In this document: positions 42,411-52,324 of the stretch, in pieces
Position numbering within the stretch: the stretch's first letter is position 1
Layout of the letters: every line of letters starts with the position of its first letter
DNA from: an uncultured Acidobacteriota bacterium
GTDB taxonomy: Bacteria > Acidobacteriota > UBA6911 > RPQK01 > JAPXNP01
DNA: 64,000 nt
Assembly (NCBI GenBank): GCA_963777605.1
Contig: CAVZRV010000006.1
Coordinates: forward strand, 1 to 64,000
Direction: 5' to 3'
The notes under the pieces: generated by a model
Seen by the model: the letters and a program-made list of their open reading frames with translations, nothing else
Databases searched by the model: none
Told to the model about the DNA's origin: nothing
Made by a program: the position numbers and the translations under genes

Positions 42411-44357
42411 TCATCGTTCTTCTGTTGAGAGGAACAGCTTCCTCGCAGTGATAGCTTCAATTCTTTCCTGCAAAGTTGGGTAGGAGGGCAAGAGTAGATA
42501 AGGTTCGTAGTTGACCTTCAGTATAGACGACCAGGCAGACAACCACCATGCTCGCCCGCTTCCACTTGTCGGGTAGCCACCATCGGGGCGACCTTGGCTA
42601 TATAAGGCAGGCCCAAGTGAATATAGTGCCTCAATTAACGGATCCACGCTCTTCAGGTGCGAGCACGCAAACTCGTCGGCCCGTTGCTCCATTTCTGAAG
42701 TTTCAATTCCCAAAGCAAGAAATCCCCGTCCCAATCCTACGACAACTGAAAGAAGTGCCAGCCTTCGGACGGTAGACATGTCGTTTACGATATGCCCTAG
42801 TTCATGAAGGATAATTGCACGTAGGGCATTCCGACTCACGACTGTCTCATCAAGCAAAAGCTCACCAAGAACGATCCTCGACCGCCGCGACAGGAGGCTG
42901 CAAGGCTCTGAGTAAGCCACGGCACCGGAAGCTCGGTCAGAAATTTGGAATTCGATCAAACCGGTGAGACCTAGGTCCGCTACATCCGTTTGGACCATCT
43001 CCAAGAGTTGATGTTCGACCCTGTTGTTGCGGTCAAGCTTACGCCAACGCCGGCGTCTTCGATGTCCACTCCAAAGAACCAAGAGGCTCGGAGAATAATG
43101 GCCAAACAGTCCTGTGATTAATAGGATAACTACTGGGATGTCCACGCGCGGAGCAATTGAAAGCGCCCACGACCAGGGCTCAATCAGGACCCACGATGTG
43201 CCTATCTTCCACCATGCCATCCAGAAGCAGCAGATGACGACGACCAAGGTCACACTTTGAATCAAGGCAAATCCGGCCGCAAGATAGAGTTTGCAGCTAC
43301 TGAGAGTCGGCAATTTGGCCTGATCTTCCTTCAGCCTGGATGCGAGAATTTCGTAGCGGTACACGGTCGCGAGCTCCGACTGAACAATCAGGGCAAAGCC
43401 GATCAGGCTAAGCCCACATGCAACCCAACTTATTATCAGAAGTCCTTCGGCCGTCGGCCCAATCATCGAGCGTGGGAGTACATTTAAGGACTCGGCGCAC
43501 CGTTCTCGAAGGGTGGAGGACAAAAATGGATACCACCGTCCTTCACCCGAGGCCAGGAACGGAAATGGTTCCGTCCTGTAGGCCTCTTGCAAACATAGCG
43601 GATTCTCGACACACCCAGCATAATTGCCCGCGATCAGCCAGAAAGAAACGATTGCCAGAAACACGATCAGGACCGGCGCACTCCAACGCCGAGACCAAAG
43701 CAAAGACAGCGAGTACCGCAGATCGTGCCGCCGTCTCCCGGTATTCGTCAGTAAGCTCAAAGGGTCTGGTAAAAGCAGCAGCAACAAAAGCACGCCAAGT
43801 AATATTGGGAAATTGACCCAGCCTAAGACGAGCAGAAGCACCAAACCCTCCAAACCAACCACGAGAAATGTTCGCTGTGAACGCTTCGCTGAATCAGTCA
43901 GAAAGGCTTCAAGTTCAACCTCAAGGTCTGGGCCAAATGCTTGGCTCATTTGCTCGAGTGATATCGTCTCCCGCCGAAAGAGTGTGAGAATCACCGCCAC
44001 AGCACCAATCGACAATAGACGAGCCTAGTAGTCCTGCTATCAGAATTAGAGGACTGTCCGAGTGCGTCTGAAGTAGGATAGCCGCAATAGCCAGTGAAAA
44101 TGCAGTAAAGAAAACCGCGTAGATCCACCGATTCAAAGGCCTCTCGAGATGCCAATCGGTCGTACCATCGTCAGCACGCGTCGTGTGAAGAATAAGCCCA
44201 AGAGGCGAGAGCGCACCGGGCCGTCCCCCCGCAGCAAGATAACGAACGCACTGCCACAGGCAAGGGCAGAGACTTTCAACTCCCAAGGCGATCCCGGACC
44301 CTCCATGAGTAACGCCCCCACCTCTGAAGGCGGAAGCCGAATTCGTCCGAAGATCAC
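42411..44357 (-). CDS. Multi-pass membrane protein with C-terminal M48/HtpX-like zinc protease domain (frameshifted)
   Basis: Many TM segments; 'AIILHELGH', 'EQRADEFA', 'SYPTLQERI'. Confidence 0.75.
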
Positions 44358-45005
44358 GCTTCCCCCTTCACCAGCCTCTCAAACTCGTCGTAAATTCGAG
44401 TACTCTCAGAACGCCCCAAATTCCCCAGGCGGACCAATGCGTCGATTGTTCCTCGCCTCTGACTGGAAGGAAGCCGCAACAGTCCCTCATCGGCGGTCCT
44501 GACCTCCCTTAAGCAACCGGCCGAGGATCAAGACCGACGCAGAAAGCGAGCGATTCGCGGTGACCGACGAAAACCCCAGCCCCTGCTGGAAGGCGAGTCC
44601 CGAATCTGGAGTCCAACTGTCCAAGAGACCTTGCCTCTAAAGCAGGCTCCACAACACCTCAAATTTACCCGGCATCGGCCGTGAAAAAGTGCTGTACAAC
44701 CTCGGTGAGGAGCCCCTTGCGCCGTTCCCAAGGATTCTCAGCTCTATGGCGATCCAACTTCAGCTCCCGCAGTGCGCCCTCGGCGGCTCTCTTCCGACTG
44801 CGTCAATTGCGGTGGGATCTTCATCGGCAATGCAGTCCGTCGACGCGCTTGAGCCGCTTGAAGGTTAAGGAACTCCTCCCAACAGCGCCGGCAGGTTTCG
44901 ACGTGAGCCAAGACGTTCCCGCATCTCTTCGGTCCCAAGTTCTTGCTCGACGAGCTTGGCCAACGTCTCGCTCGACGGGCAATGCGATCGGGTCCTCTCA
45001 GTCAT
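44354..45005 (-). CDS. Zinc-finger (zf-HC2) anti-sigma-like protein (frameshifted)
   Basis: 'HCPSSETLA...AHVETCRRC' HxxxCxxC motif directly downstream of the ECF sigma. Confidence 0.6.
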
Positions 45006-45633
45006 CGAAACTCCCTCCATGGTACGCACCCTTCTTGAGCTTCCTTACGGCATTATCATTGGCCACTCACACCCGTTCGTAGGTTGTACCCAACCTTTTC
45101 AGCAGTCTCCTCAAGAGTCCACCGAAGAATAGCCTCACACATATGATGAGCCGCTCCATCCGGTGAGGCAGATTCGGGTCAAGCAGCAGCGGAATCGATC
45201 AGCTTGCGCAAAGGATCACGGCCAGACGAAATTACATCCTCTTCAATCGATCATTGTCGACTCCAGCACTTCAATGATCCCCTCAAAGTTGATTCGGTCG
45301 GCCGTGCTCCGGTAGATGACCGTATCGTCGGCAACCGTGCCGGCACCAGAAACCTCAAGCCAAGATCGTCTGACCCCAGTTCGTAGAAGTCCGATTTGCC
45401 CGCCGCTTGAGAAATGTCACGGCTCGGTTAACCACAATCCTCTTCGCAAAATACAAGGTCAGTTCAGGATCTTGAATTCGATTGATTCCACGGTAGAGCC
45501 GAATCAGCGATTCCTGAACAATGTCTTCCGCGTCATCCGGATTATTCACAATCGCATATGCCCACCTCGCAAGCGGCTTGCTCAGTGCGCCGAAGACAAA
45601 ATTCCAAAGTCGACTCAGAGTCCTCTGCTTCAT
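44998..45633 (-). CDS. ECF sigma factor (frameshifted, possibly pseudogene)
   Basis: 'AYAIVNNPDDAEDIVQESLIRLY...RIVVNRA'; downstream 'TLEETAE.LGTTYERV' region 4. Confidence 0.7.
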
Positions 45634-45859
45634 TTTGTAATCGCCGAACCGCCTCTCCCAGTGTCACACCGCCATTTAGCCACATTCAGCCTTTCTTGAT
45701 AAGCCCCAGAGTGCGACTTCAAAGGCATTTCGCAACTCGGTCTAACAACCAAAGACCCTGCAAAACCGACCTTGGCGTCCAATCTCCCGATGATTTCTCG
45801 CCCGCAATACTCCCGGTGGGTCCTCCAAGGCGAACTCTCACGAAAGGAGCAGACGCCCC

Positions 45860-46087
45860 ATGAAAGACTCAACCAAAATGCCCGAACCGGTCGCCAAGTT
45901 CGACGGAAGTGCCGCCGATTGTGCGTTCTACCGCCACAACCGGAAATCGCGGCGTCAACTGCCTCTTGACGGTGCCTCCTCTGAACGGCCGGGTCCTGAG
46001 GAACTGGAAAGAGCCCGTCAACGCCACCAGGAAAAGCAGCTCGACCGAGTCGCCGAGTTCGCAGTACAGGACGTTTTGGAACAGTAA
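45860..46087 (+). CDS. Small hypothetical protein
   Basis: AAAGGAG RBS; first gene of the rightward core operon. Confidence 0.55.
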   Translation: MKDSTKMPEPVAKFDGSAADCAFYRHNRKSRRQLPLDGASSERPGPEELERARQRHQEKQLDRVAEFAVQDVLEQ

Positions 46088-46102
46088 AGAAGGAGGTAGC
46101 AG

Positions 46103-46789
46103 ATGGACACCACTAGTCTCAATGGACTGGTCTGGGCGGACGATGATTTTCCCCAGCGGGTCCGCATTCTCATTCGCACCATCGAAATCATCATGCCGGC
46201 ACCGATCGGCGTCAAGCGATCCACTCTGTTCGGGGATGGCTTCCACTCGATCGGAGAGATCTTCGTGGAAGACGCGGTCAACCGCCTTGAGCGGCTGGGG
46301 TTCATTCGGGTAGTCACCAAGGGGCGGGCGACGCTTTACCGCCCGGTCCTCAATGAAGTGACTGAAATTGCGATGAGCTTACAGTTCCACTCTCAATTCA
46401 GGGCAGCCCAGGGTGAGAGGGCTGCCCTGAGGTCCTCCAATCTGACAAGGAGGTACAGAGTTGAATCACAACTGGTTTATTCAAGGGTTAGTGATCCTGA
46501 TCTTGTGCTGGTTCCTCCGGGATCGCGTTCCGTATATCGGCAGACTTCCCGGAGATTTCGACATTGTCTTCGGCAACGTCCGGTTGTTCCTGCCCATCAT
46601 GTCCGGGCTGCTGCTCAGCCTGGCCTGGTCCGTCATCCGGGGGATGCTCGATGGACGGTAAGAAGCTTGCGCCCTTGGCTGCATTTCTTTTGCTCGTTCC
46701 CCCGATCGATCGGGTTTTCAACCGATTCAACCGGGAGTTCTTCGAAGCGGTCGGGCAGGTTGCCGACCTGCTCGGGGAACACTCGGTGA
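46103..46789 (+). CDS. Winged-helix-like protein (only the first ~90-100 aa credible; true stop likely near 46.4 kb)
   Basis: AAGGAGG RBS; 'VEDAVNRLERLGFIRVVTKGRATLY' wHTH wing. Confidence 0.5.
   Translation: MDTTSLNGLVWADDDFPQRVRILIRTIEIIMPAPIGVKRSTLFGDGFHSIGEIFVEDAVNRLERLGFIRVVTKGRATLYRPVLNEVTEIAMSLQFHSQFRAAQGERAALRSSNLTRRYRVESQLVYSRVSDPDLVLVPPGSRSVYRQTSRRFRHCLRQRPVVPAHHVRAAAQPGLVRHPGDARWTVRSLRPWLHFFCSFPRSIGFSTDSTGSSSKRSGRLPTCSGNTR
46398..46430. repeat. Perfect 12-bp inverted repeat / hairpin
   Basis: TCAGGGCAGCCC-9nt-GGGCTGCCCTGA upstream of the DUF2905-E2 genes. Confidence 0.8.
46461..46661 (+). CDS. DUF2905 family small membrane protein
   Basis: 'IGRLPGDF...LFLPIMSGLLLSL'; AAGGAGG RBS. 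Confidence 0.8.
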   Translation: MNHNWFIQGLVILILCWFLRDRVPYIGRLPGDFDIVFGNVRLFLPIMSGLLLSLAWSVIRGMLDGR

Positions 46790-46860
46790 TCACCATTGGT
46801 CTCGTGGCCCTGCTTCTTGGCAGTGGTCCAGACACTAAGGAGGAACAAGATGCCCTTTAA
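46651..46860 (+). CDS. Small hydrophobic protein
   Basis: Overlaps both neighbours; two hydrophobic stretches. Confidence 0.55.
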   Translation: MDGKKLAPLAAFLLLVPPIDRVFNRFNREFFEAVGQVADLLGEHSVITIGLVALLLGSGPDTKEEQDAL

Positions 46861-47316
46861 CTTGTTCGACTCCCCCCGCCACTATTCTCCGACGGAGATT
46901 CTCAGCCAGCGCTTAGATCAGTGGGGCTACCCCAGCGGCAATAGCTACTGGTGGCGCCGCTATCCGGACCGGGCGGTCGAGGAACACAAATAAAGATGCT
47001 CAACAGCACCAATGCGGTTCCCGATTTCCAAGGAGACTCCTTGGTCTGGGTCGAGGAAATCGAAACCGATTTCGGGCTCAGTACCTATTGGCAGTCGTTC
47101 GGGCCCGTACTTCCCCTCGGATCGGCCGAAAGCGTTCGCGCCGGAAGTCGACTGCCACAAACACCGCAACTCCGACAAGTCCCTGTGCCTGGCCCACCCC
47201 TCTGAACTCGGCGCGGCACTACCGTCCTCGAGATTAGAAACATGGCGTGTGCATGGTTCTTCGCCTACGACGTGTACTCGAGAACCGGGGAATGGCCCGC
47301 TGCGGAGGCGGATTAG
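46850..47316 (+). CDS. Prokaryotic E2 (ubiquitin-conjugating-like) protein (frameshifted)
   Basis: AAGGAGG RBS; joined frames give 'YFPSDRPKAF...HKHRNSDKSLCLAHPSE...TTVLEIRNMACAWFFAYDVYSRTGEWPAAEAD*'. Confidence 0.65.
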
Positions 47317-47325
47317 GAGGATCGG

Positions 47326-47580
47326 ATGCCTTTCAAATTTAGTCTCACTTTCTGGGCTGACCGGCCATTGATCATCACCATCACGGACGGTCAGAGATCG
47401 GTGAGGGTGGACTACTTCCCGGAACCGGAATACGAGTACTACGAAGATTACACGTACTTCCCGGAGACGACCCGCCCACTTACTTCTTTGAGGAAGAACC
47501 CGGACTCCTGCCGGCGCAACGCTACCGGCGAGGAAATCCACGAGAAGGGAGGTGAAAAGAAATGCCCGGTGTCAATCTGA
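47326..47580 (+). CDS. Small peptide A in the E2-JAB-E1 operon
   Basis: AGGAGG RBS; beta-rich N-terminus and Tyr/Glu-rich middle. Confidence 0.55.
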   Translation: MPFKFSLTFWADRPLIITITDGQRSVRVDYFPEPEYEYYEDYTYFPETTRPLTSLRKNPDSCRRNATGEEIHEKGGEKKCPVSI

Positions 47581-47777
47581 ATGCCTTGCGAGACCGTTTA
47601 CAGTCACGGTCAAAAGTCGGAGTCAATAAGAACGGAACTCTGGAACGCGCGATCCGCAAAACGACGGCTCGAAGCAGGGTCCGACGACCCTGCAACCAGC
47701 CCGTTCTTGAGTGGCCGTTCGAAGCGGGGGACTCCCGATGGCCCCCGCTTTCAGAAACCAGGAGTCGAAACTCATGA
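47562..47777 (+). CDS. Small peptide B in the E2-JAB-E1 operon (may end at TGA 47708-47710 if one indel is corrected)
   Basis: GGAGGTGA RBS; MPGVNLNALRDRLQSRSKVGVNKNG...; a hairpin follows at 47722. Confidence 0.55.
   Translation: MPGVNLNALRDRLQSRSKVGVNKNGTLERAIRKTTARSRVRRPCNQPVLEWPFEAGDSRWPPLSETRSRNS
47722..47750 (+). terminator. GC-rich hairpin (terminator or stability element) after peptide B
   Basis: AAGCGGGGG-11nt-CCCCCGCTT followed by TC. Confidence 0.5.
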
Positions 47778-48439
47778 GGAACTATCTCTTTAACCAATCA
47801 TCCGCATCGACCATGCTGGTTGAGTGCTTCCGGCGAGGTGACCAGCGAGAGGCGGGCGGTATCCTCGCCGAACGCGACGGTACGCGGGTGATTACCGACG
47901 CCGTGCCATCCACCGAACATGCCGAGCGCCAACGTTACACCTACTACCAGAGCCCGGAAGACGTCGCCTATCTGAACAACGTTCTCAGAAAGCTCGAGAC
48001 ACAAGGTCGAAGATTCTGCGGCTACTTCCATCGCCACCCCTCCGGTATGACCGGCTTGAGCCAGGGCGATCTGGACAGCTGTCGCCAGATCCTGAAGGAT
48101 CCGCACTATTTTCTGCCGGACGGGCTCTTGATGCTGATCATCACCGATTCGGAACGTTCCCGGATCCCGATTTTCCCGTACCTGGTCCGGCTCGAGGAGG
48201 ACCGTCCGGTGGTCGAACCCGTCACCATGACGATCCTTCCGGATGATCAGGTCGACACGATTCTTTCTTATCTCGAAGTGCCTCAGACAAACCGAAACAG
48301 CAAGGAGTTTTACGATGAAGAAGTGGTTCATTCTGGATCAGGCCCTCTCCGGCCAGTCTTCCGACCTGTACGTCCTGGAAACCGAGGACGGGCATATCAT
48401 CAGTTCGACGCCGCTCGACGCGAGCTTCAAGAAGGTTGA
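47774..48439 (+). CDS. JAB/MPN+ (Prok-JAB) isopeptidase
   Basis: 'REAGGIL' and the full JAMM motif HRH-PSGMTGL-S-QG-D. Confidence 0.88.
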   Translation: MRNYLFNQSSASTMLVECFRRGDQREAGGILAERDGTRVITDAVPSTEHAERQRYTYYQSPEDVAYLNNVLRKLETQGRRFCGYFHRHPSGMTGLSQGDLDSCRQILKDPHYFLPDGLLMLIITDSERSRIPIFPYLVRLEEDRPVVEPVTMTILPDDQVDTILSYLEVPQTNRNSKEFYDEEVVHSGSGPLRPVFRPVRPGNRGRAYHQFDAARRELQEG

Positions 48440-49459
48440 GCAGGTCCGGGTCCCGTCCCAGACCGATTTTCAGGCTCGCAATGCCGGCCTCGTCGATCCC
48501 TCACGGCTCCAGGAGCATCGCATCCTGATCATCGGTGTCGGCAGCGGCGGTTCGAAGACCGCGACGAGCCTGGTGAGATCGGGGGCGATCAATCTGACAC
48601 TGGTCGATTTCGACCGGGTCGAAGTCTCCAACCTCTGTCGCTCGGAGTACGAACTGCCCGATGTCGGCGAGCTGAAGGTCGAGGCCTTGAAACGGCGCCT
48701 GTTGCGGATCAACCCGATGGCCCGGATCGAGGTCATCAGTAAGAACCTGCATGAGATGAGCCGCACTGAGGTCGAAGAGCTAATCGCGGGGCACGATCTC
48801 TGCTTTGAGTGCACCGACGATCCCAAGACCAAGCTGATCATCAACGCGGTCGCCTACGATCAGATCCCGGTGATCTACCCGGCCGTCTACGACGGGGGCA
48901 AGGGGGCGAGGTGCTCTACACCCTGCCCGGCATCACGCCCTGTTATCAGTGCATCATGGGCTCGATTCTTCCGCAGATGACCGAGGTCAAACGGGGGGAT
49001 TGGGACTATACGACCGGCACGCTGAAGCCGATGGCGGGGCTGAACTCCCACATCGACGTGGTGGTTGCGCGAAGTATCGATATCGCCCTGGCCATTCTGT
49101 CGGCAGGAACCGAGACGGATCGCTCGGACAAAGTCCTGGTGCCGGGTTCTTCCATTCTCTTTATCGGCAACGAGAGTGGGTTCTTCATTTTCGACGAGCC
49201 TTTCCAGGAGATCTGGGGGGAGACGGAAATCGACCCCGACTGTCCCTGTCAGCAAGCCCCCAGCCGGGAACCCGAGGGCAAACGCGATGAAGCGATCGAT
49301 GCCGAGGCTATCGCCTCGAGACCGGAAGATCCTCAACCTGTTGCGGCTGAGCCCGCACACGACGTCCCAGCTCGCCCGTCTCCTGTTTCCGAACCGGAAG
49401 AAGGCGAGTCAGCGGCTTCGGCAACTGACCGCGGCCGGCCACCTGAAACGGTTCAGTAG
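48315..49459 (+). CDS. ThiF/E1-like activating enzyme (one frameshift)
   Basis: IIGVGSGGS, LVDFDRVEVSNLCR, KVEAL, ECTDD, PCYQC...DCPC. Confidence 0.88.
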
Positions 49460-50034
49460 CCCAATCGTCCACCCGACCGGCCGGCCCGAGTTCGTCTATA
49501 CGGGCCGGTCGGGTGCCGCGCAGCTATCACCTGATCCGACACGCACTTCAGGTGTCCGAGGTAACCGTGATCCTGCACGAATGGTTAGCTGAGAACCCGG
49601 AATTTACGGGCCGTCTCTACTGGCCGCAACAGGTCATACTGACGGGCGGGATCATTCCGGATGGGATCTTCACCGTGGCCCAAGGTGATCGGATGCTGCT
49701 CTTCCTGATCGAGGTGGATCGGGGCACGGAATCAAAGGCCGGTGCAGACTACAGCGTCCGTCGGAAGCTCATCGCCTATGGCGAATACTTCGATTCGGGA
49801 AGGTTTGCGGAGGATTACGCGATGCTCGGGACGTTCAACTCCTTTCGAGTGGTCTTCGTCTCTGTATCGGAATTGGCGTTGCCGGGGCTGCTCCGAATCG
49901 CCGCGGAAACCCAGACTGATTTCGTCTACTTCAAGCCAATGTCAAAGCTCACTCCCAAGACCTTTCCCGAGTCATGGGCTACGGCAAACCAGGATCGAGC
50001 GGACCTCTTTGGACGCACCGAGAGACAGACATGA
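49287..50034 (+). CDS. Replication-relaxation (Replic_Relax/MOB-L-like) relaxase (one frameshift)
   Basis: 'LSPRDRKIL..TTSQLARLLFP..ASQRLRQL' wHTH, 'RHAL', 'IPDG...FLIEVDRGTE..KL.AY'. Confidence 0.82.
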
Positions 50035-52313
50035 AAGACACCCGCCCCATCGAACTTGCCCGCCATGCTTTCGAAGGGCTCCTGCACCAGTCTCTGCTCG
50101 CGGAAGGCTCGAAGGGATGCGACGCGACTCTCCACTCCTACCCCGTCGATCTAGAGCCCCATTTCGGGCGCTTTGATCCGTCGCGCATACACGCTTCGAA
50201 GATAAGCCCCGGGATTCCGGAAGATCCGGTTCCCGAACGGGCCTGGTCGTCCTTTCGCCTCCGGCTTCCCCGTCAGTCGATCGCTCCCAATCAGGTCGTT
50301 GCCGCCATCGAGGCCTCGAGCATTCAAACGACCCGCTTCGCGTTCGAGATCGTCGCTGATGCCGGAAAGGCCGACGTGTATCTTGTGGCCGACGATCCCG
50401 AGTCCGCTTCCTTCATGCGGGATGCGTGGCTCAGTCACTGTCCGGGCGTGGTCCTGATTCCCTGGGAGGATCCCTGGAAAGACCTGTTGTCGGAGACTGA
50501 TCTCCGAGTTTGGGAAGCCTATCCCCTCCCCCTTACTCCCGACGGCTGGCCGTTCCCCGCTCGCCGAACTCTTCCCTTGCTTCTGCGCCAGGCGGCACGC
50601 CTTCGCGCGGGAGTCCGTTTGGTCTATCAGATTCTCTTTCAGTCGGTCCGCCACGACTGGCATCGAAACATCTACCTGCTGACGGCGGCCGAAACCACCG
50701 CCCAGGGTCGCATCCCCTGGCGGCATACCACACAAGCAGCGATCAAGCCGCCCGATCAGCCTCTGGTTGCTGCGATTCTCCGGATCGCACTCCTCGGAGG
50801 AGCCGACTCGCCGGCCGTCGATCCGGCACGCTACTGGGCGGGTTTCAGTCAAGGCGGCCGCCCCTTGCAGGTCAGAAGACCTGTCCAGTTCCGGGAGGTT
50901 CTCGACCAGCCTGCTCTCCTCTCGATGCTCTCCCGGCGGCGCACCCATGCACCAGGCGTCCTGCTGACGGCGGAAGAACTGTCGGCCTTCATTCAAGTGC
51001 CTGAGCAGGCAACCACGACACTCCGCATCGACTGGACCCGAGGGCTCGAAGTCCCCACGCGCTTTCAGGCTTCGGGGCGGCTTCTCGGGTTCAACTACTC
51101 GCACGCGGAACCCACGCCGGTTCGCCTGCCCGATACGGAACGAAACCGCAGCATCTATCAGATCGGCTCCTCCCGAAAAGGCAAGAGCAACTCGATCCTG
51201 CATCAATGTCTCGAGCTGGCGCGATCCGGCAGTGGGCTTGCCCTGATCGATCCGCATCGATCAACCGCCTTCGATCTGGTCCGTGCCCTTCCGCCCGAGG
51301 CTCTCGACCGAGTTGTGTGGTGCGACTTTCAAGACCCGGACTTTGTCCTGGACTATAACCCCTTCGATGCTCCCGACAGCTTCGGCCGCCGGGCTACGGA
51401 GTACGTCCACAGTTTCAAGCACCTCTTCGAGGCAGGCTCGTTTCACCGGATGGGTCGCATCCTGGGCTTGGGCGTCCATGCGCTGTTCGACCTCAAGGAG
51501 AATCTCGCCACCTTCTCGCGCCTCTTCGCCGCTACCGCAGAGGGCGAGCGCCTGCGGGCACGCGTCATCGCCCGATCCCAGAATCCCGATGTGCAACGCT
51601 TCTTCGCTGATGAGGTCCGATCGCTTCCCTCAGAAGCCATCACACCGATTCTTAATCGGATTTCGACGCTCTTGCTCGATGAGAGCGCGCGCCGCATTTT
51701 CGAGCGTCGAGAGAACAAGCTCGACATCCCCACCATTCTTCGCGAAGGACGGTTGTTGGTCGTCGCCCTGCCGTCGAATATCGATGTCGCCAACATTGTC
51801 GGGGGGATGCTTCTCGCCCAGATCCAAAAGGCAGGCCTTGCTCGCATCGGGCGTGATGAGCCCGATTTCTACGTCTTTCTCGACGAGTTTCATCGGTTCT
51901 TGAACTCGGCCAAGATCCTGGAGAGCCTCCTCAACGAATGTGCCAAGGCAGGCCTCTTTCTCTGCATGGCGCATCAGGAAACCGGCCAACTGAGTACCGA
52001 GCTCTTCCGAGCGGCCCTGACCGCTCCGCTCCTCATGGTCTTCGGCGTCAACTACGAAGATGCCCGCAAGTTCGTGCCGATCTTCAACGGTCGCATCCAG
52101 GTCGATGATCTCCTGTCGCTCCGGGTCGGAGAGGTCTGCGCCCGGCTCGATCAGGACATCGTGGATTTCCGTTGCCCTCCGCCACCAGCGGATCTCTCGG
52201 AAGAACGCGCCCGTCACGTGATTGAAGCAAGCCGGCGCCTCTACTACACACCGATCCATGAAATCGGGCGGTCCCGAAAGACCACTCAATCTCGACACTT
52301 GGACCATTTCTAA
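50031..52313 (+). CDS. Type IV coupling protein-like ATPase (TraD/TrwB/VirD4 family)
   Basis: ATGA overlap with the relaxase; GSSRKGKS, LIDPH, YNPF, FLDEFH, AHQETGQL. Confidence 0.82.
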   Translation: MKDTRPIELARHAFEGLLHQSLLAEGSKGCDATLHSYPVDLEPHFGRFDPSRIHASKISPGIPEDPVPERAWSSFRLRLPRQSIAPNQVVAAIEASSIQTTRFAFEIVADAGKADVYLVADDPESASFMRDAWLSHCPGVVLIPWEDPWKDLLSETDLRVWEAYPLPLTPDGWPFPARRTLPLLLRQAARLRAGVRLVYQILFQSVRHDWHRNIYLLTAAETTAQGRIPWRHTTQAAIKPPDQPLVAAILRIALLGGADSPAVDPARYWAGFSQGGRPLQVRRPVQFREVLDQPALLSMLSRRRTHAPGVLLTAEELSAFIQVPEQATTTLRIDWTRGLEVPTRFQASGRLLGFNYSHAEPTPVRLPDTERNRSIYQIGSSRKGKSNSILHQCLELARSGSGLALIDPHRSTAFDLVRALPPEALDRVVWCDFQDPDFVLDYNPFDAPDSFGRRATEYVHSFKHLFEAGSFHRMGRILGLGVHALFDLKENLATFSRLFAATAEGERLRARVIARSQNPDVQRFFADEVRSLPSEAITPILNRISTLLLDESARRIFERRENKLDIPTILREGRLLVVALPSNIDVANIVGGMLLAQIQKAGLARIGRDEPDFYVFLDEFHRFLNSAKILESLLNECAKAGLFLCMAHQETGQLSTELFRAALTAPLLMVFGVNYEDARKFVPIFNGRIQVDDLLSLRVGEVCARLDQDIVDFRCPPPPADLSEERARHVIEASRRLYYTPIHEIGRSRKTTQSRHLDHF

Positions 52314-52324
52314 GGAGAACCACC

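Noticed and set aside
46850-49459. Type II CBASS or Bil/Bub assignment for the E1/E2/JAB genes
   Set aside because: No CD-NTase, effector or beta-grasp ubiquitin-like protein is recognisable nearby.
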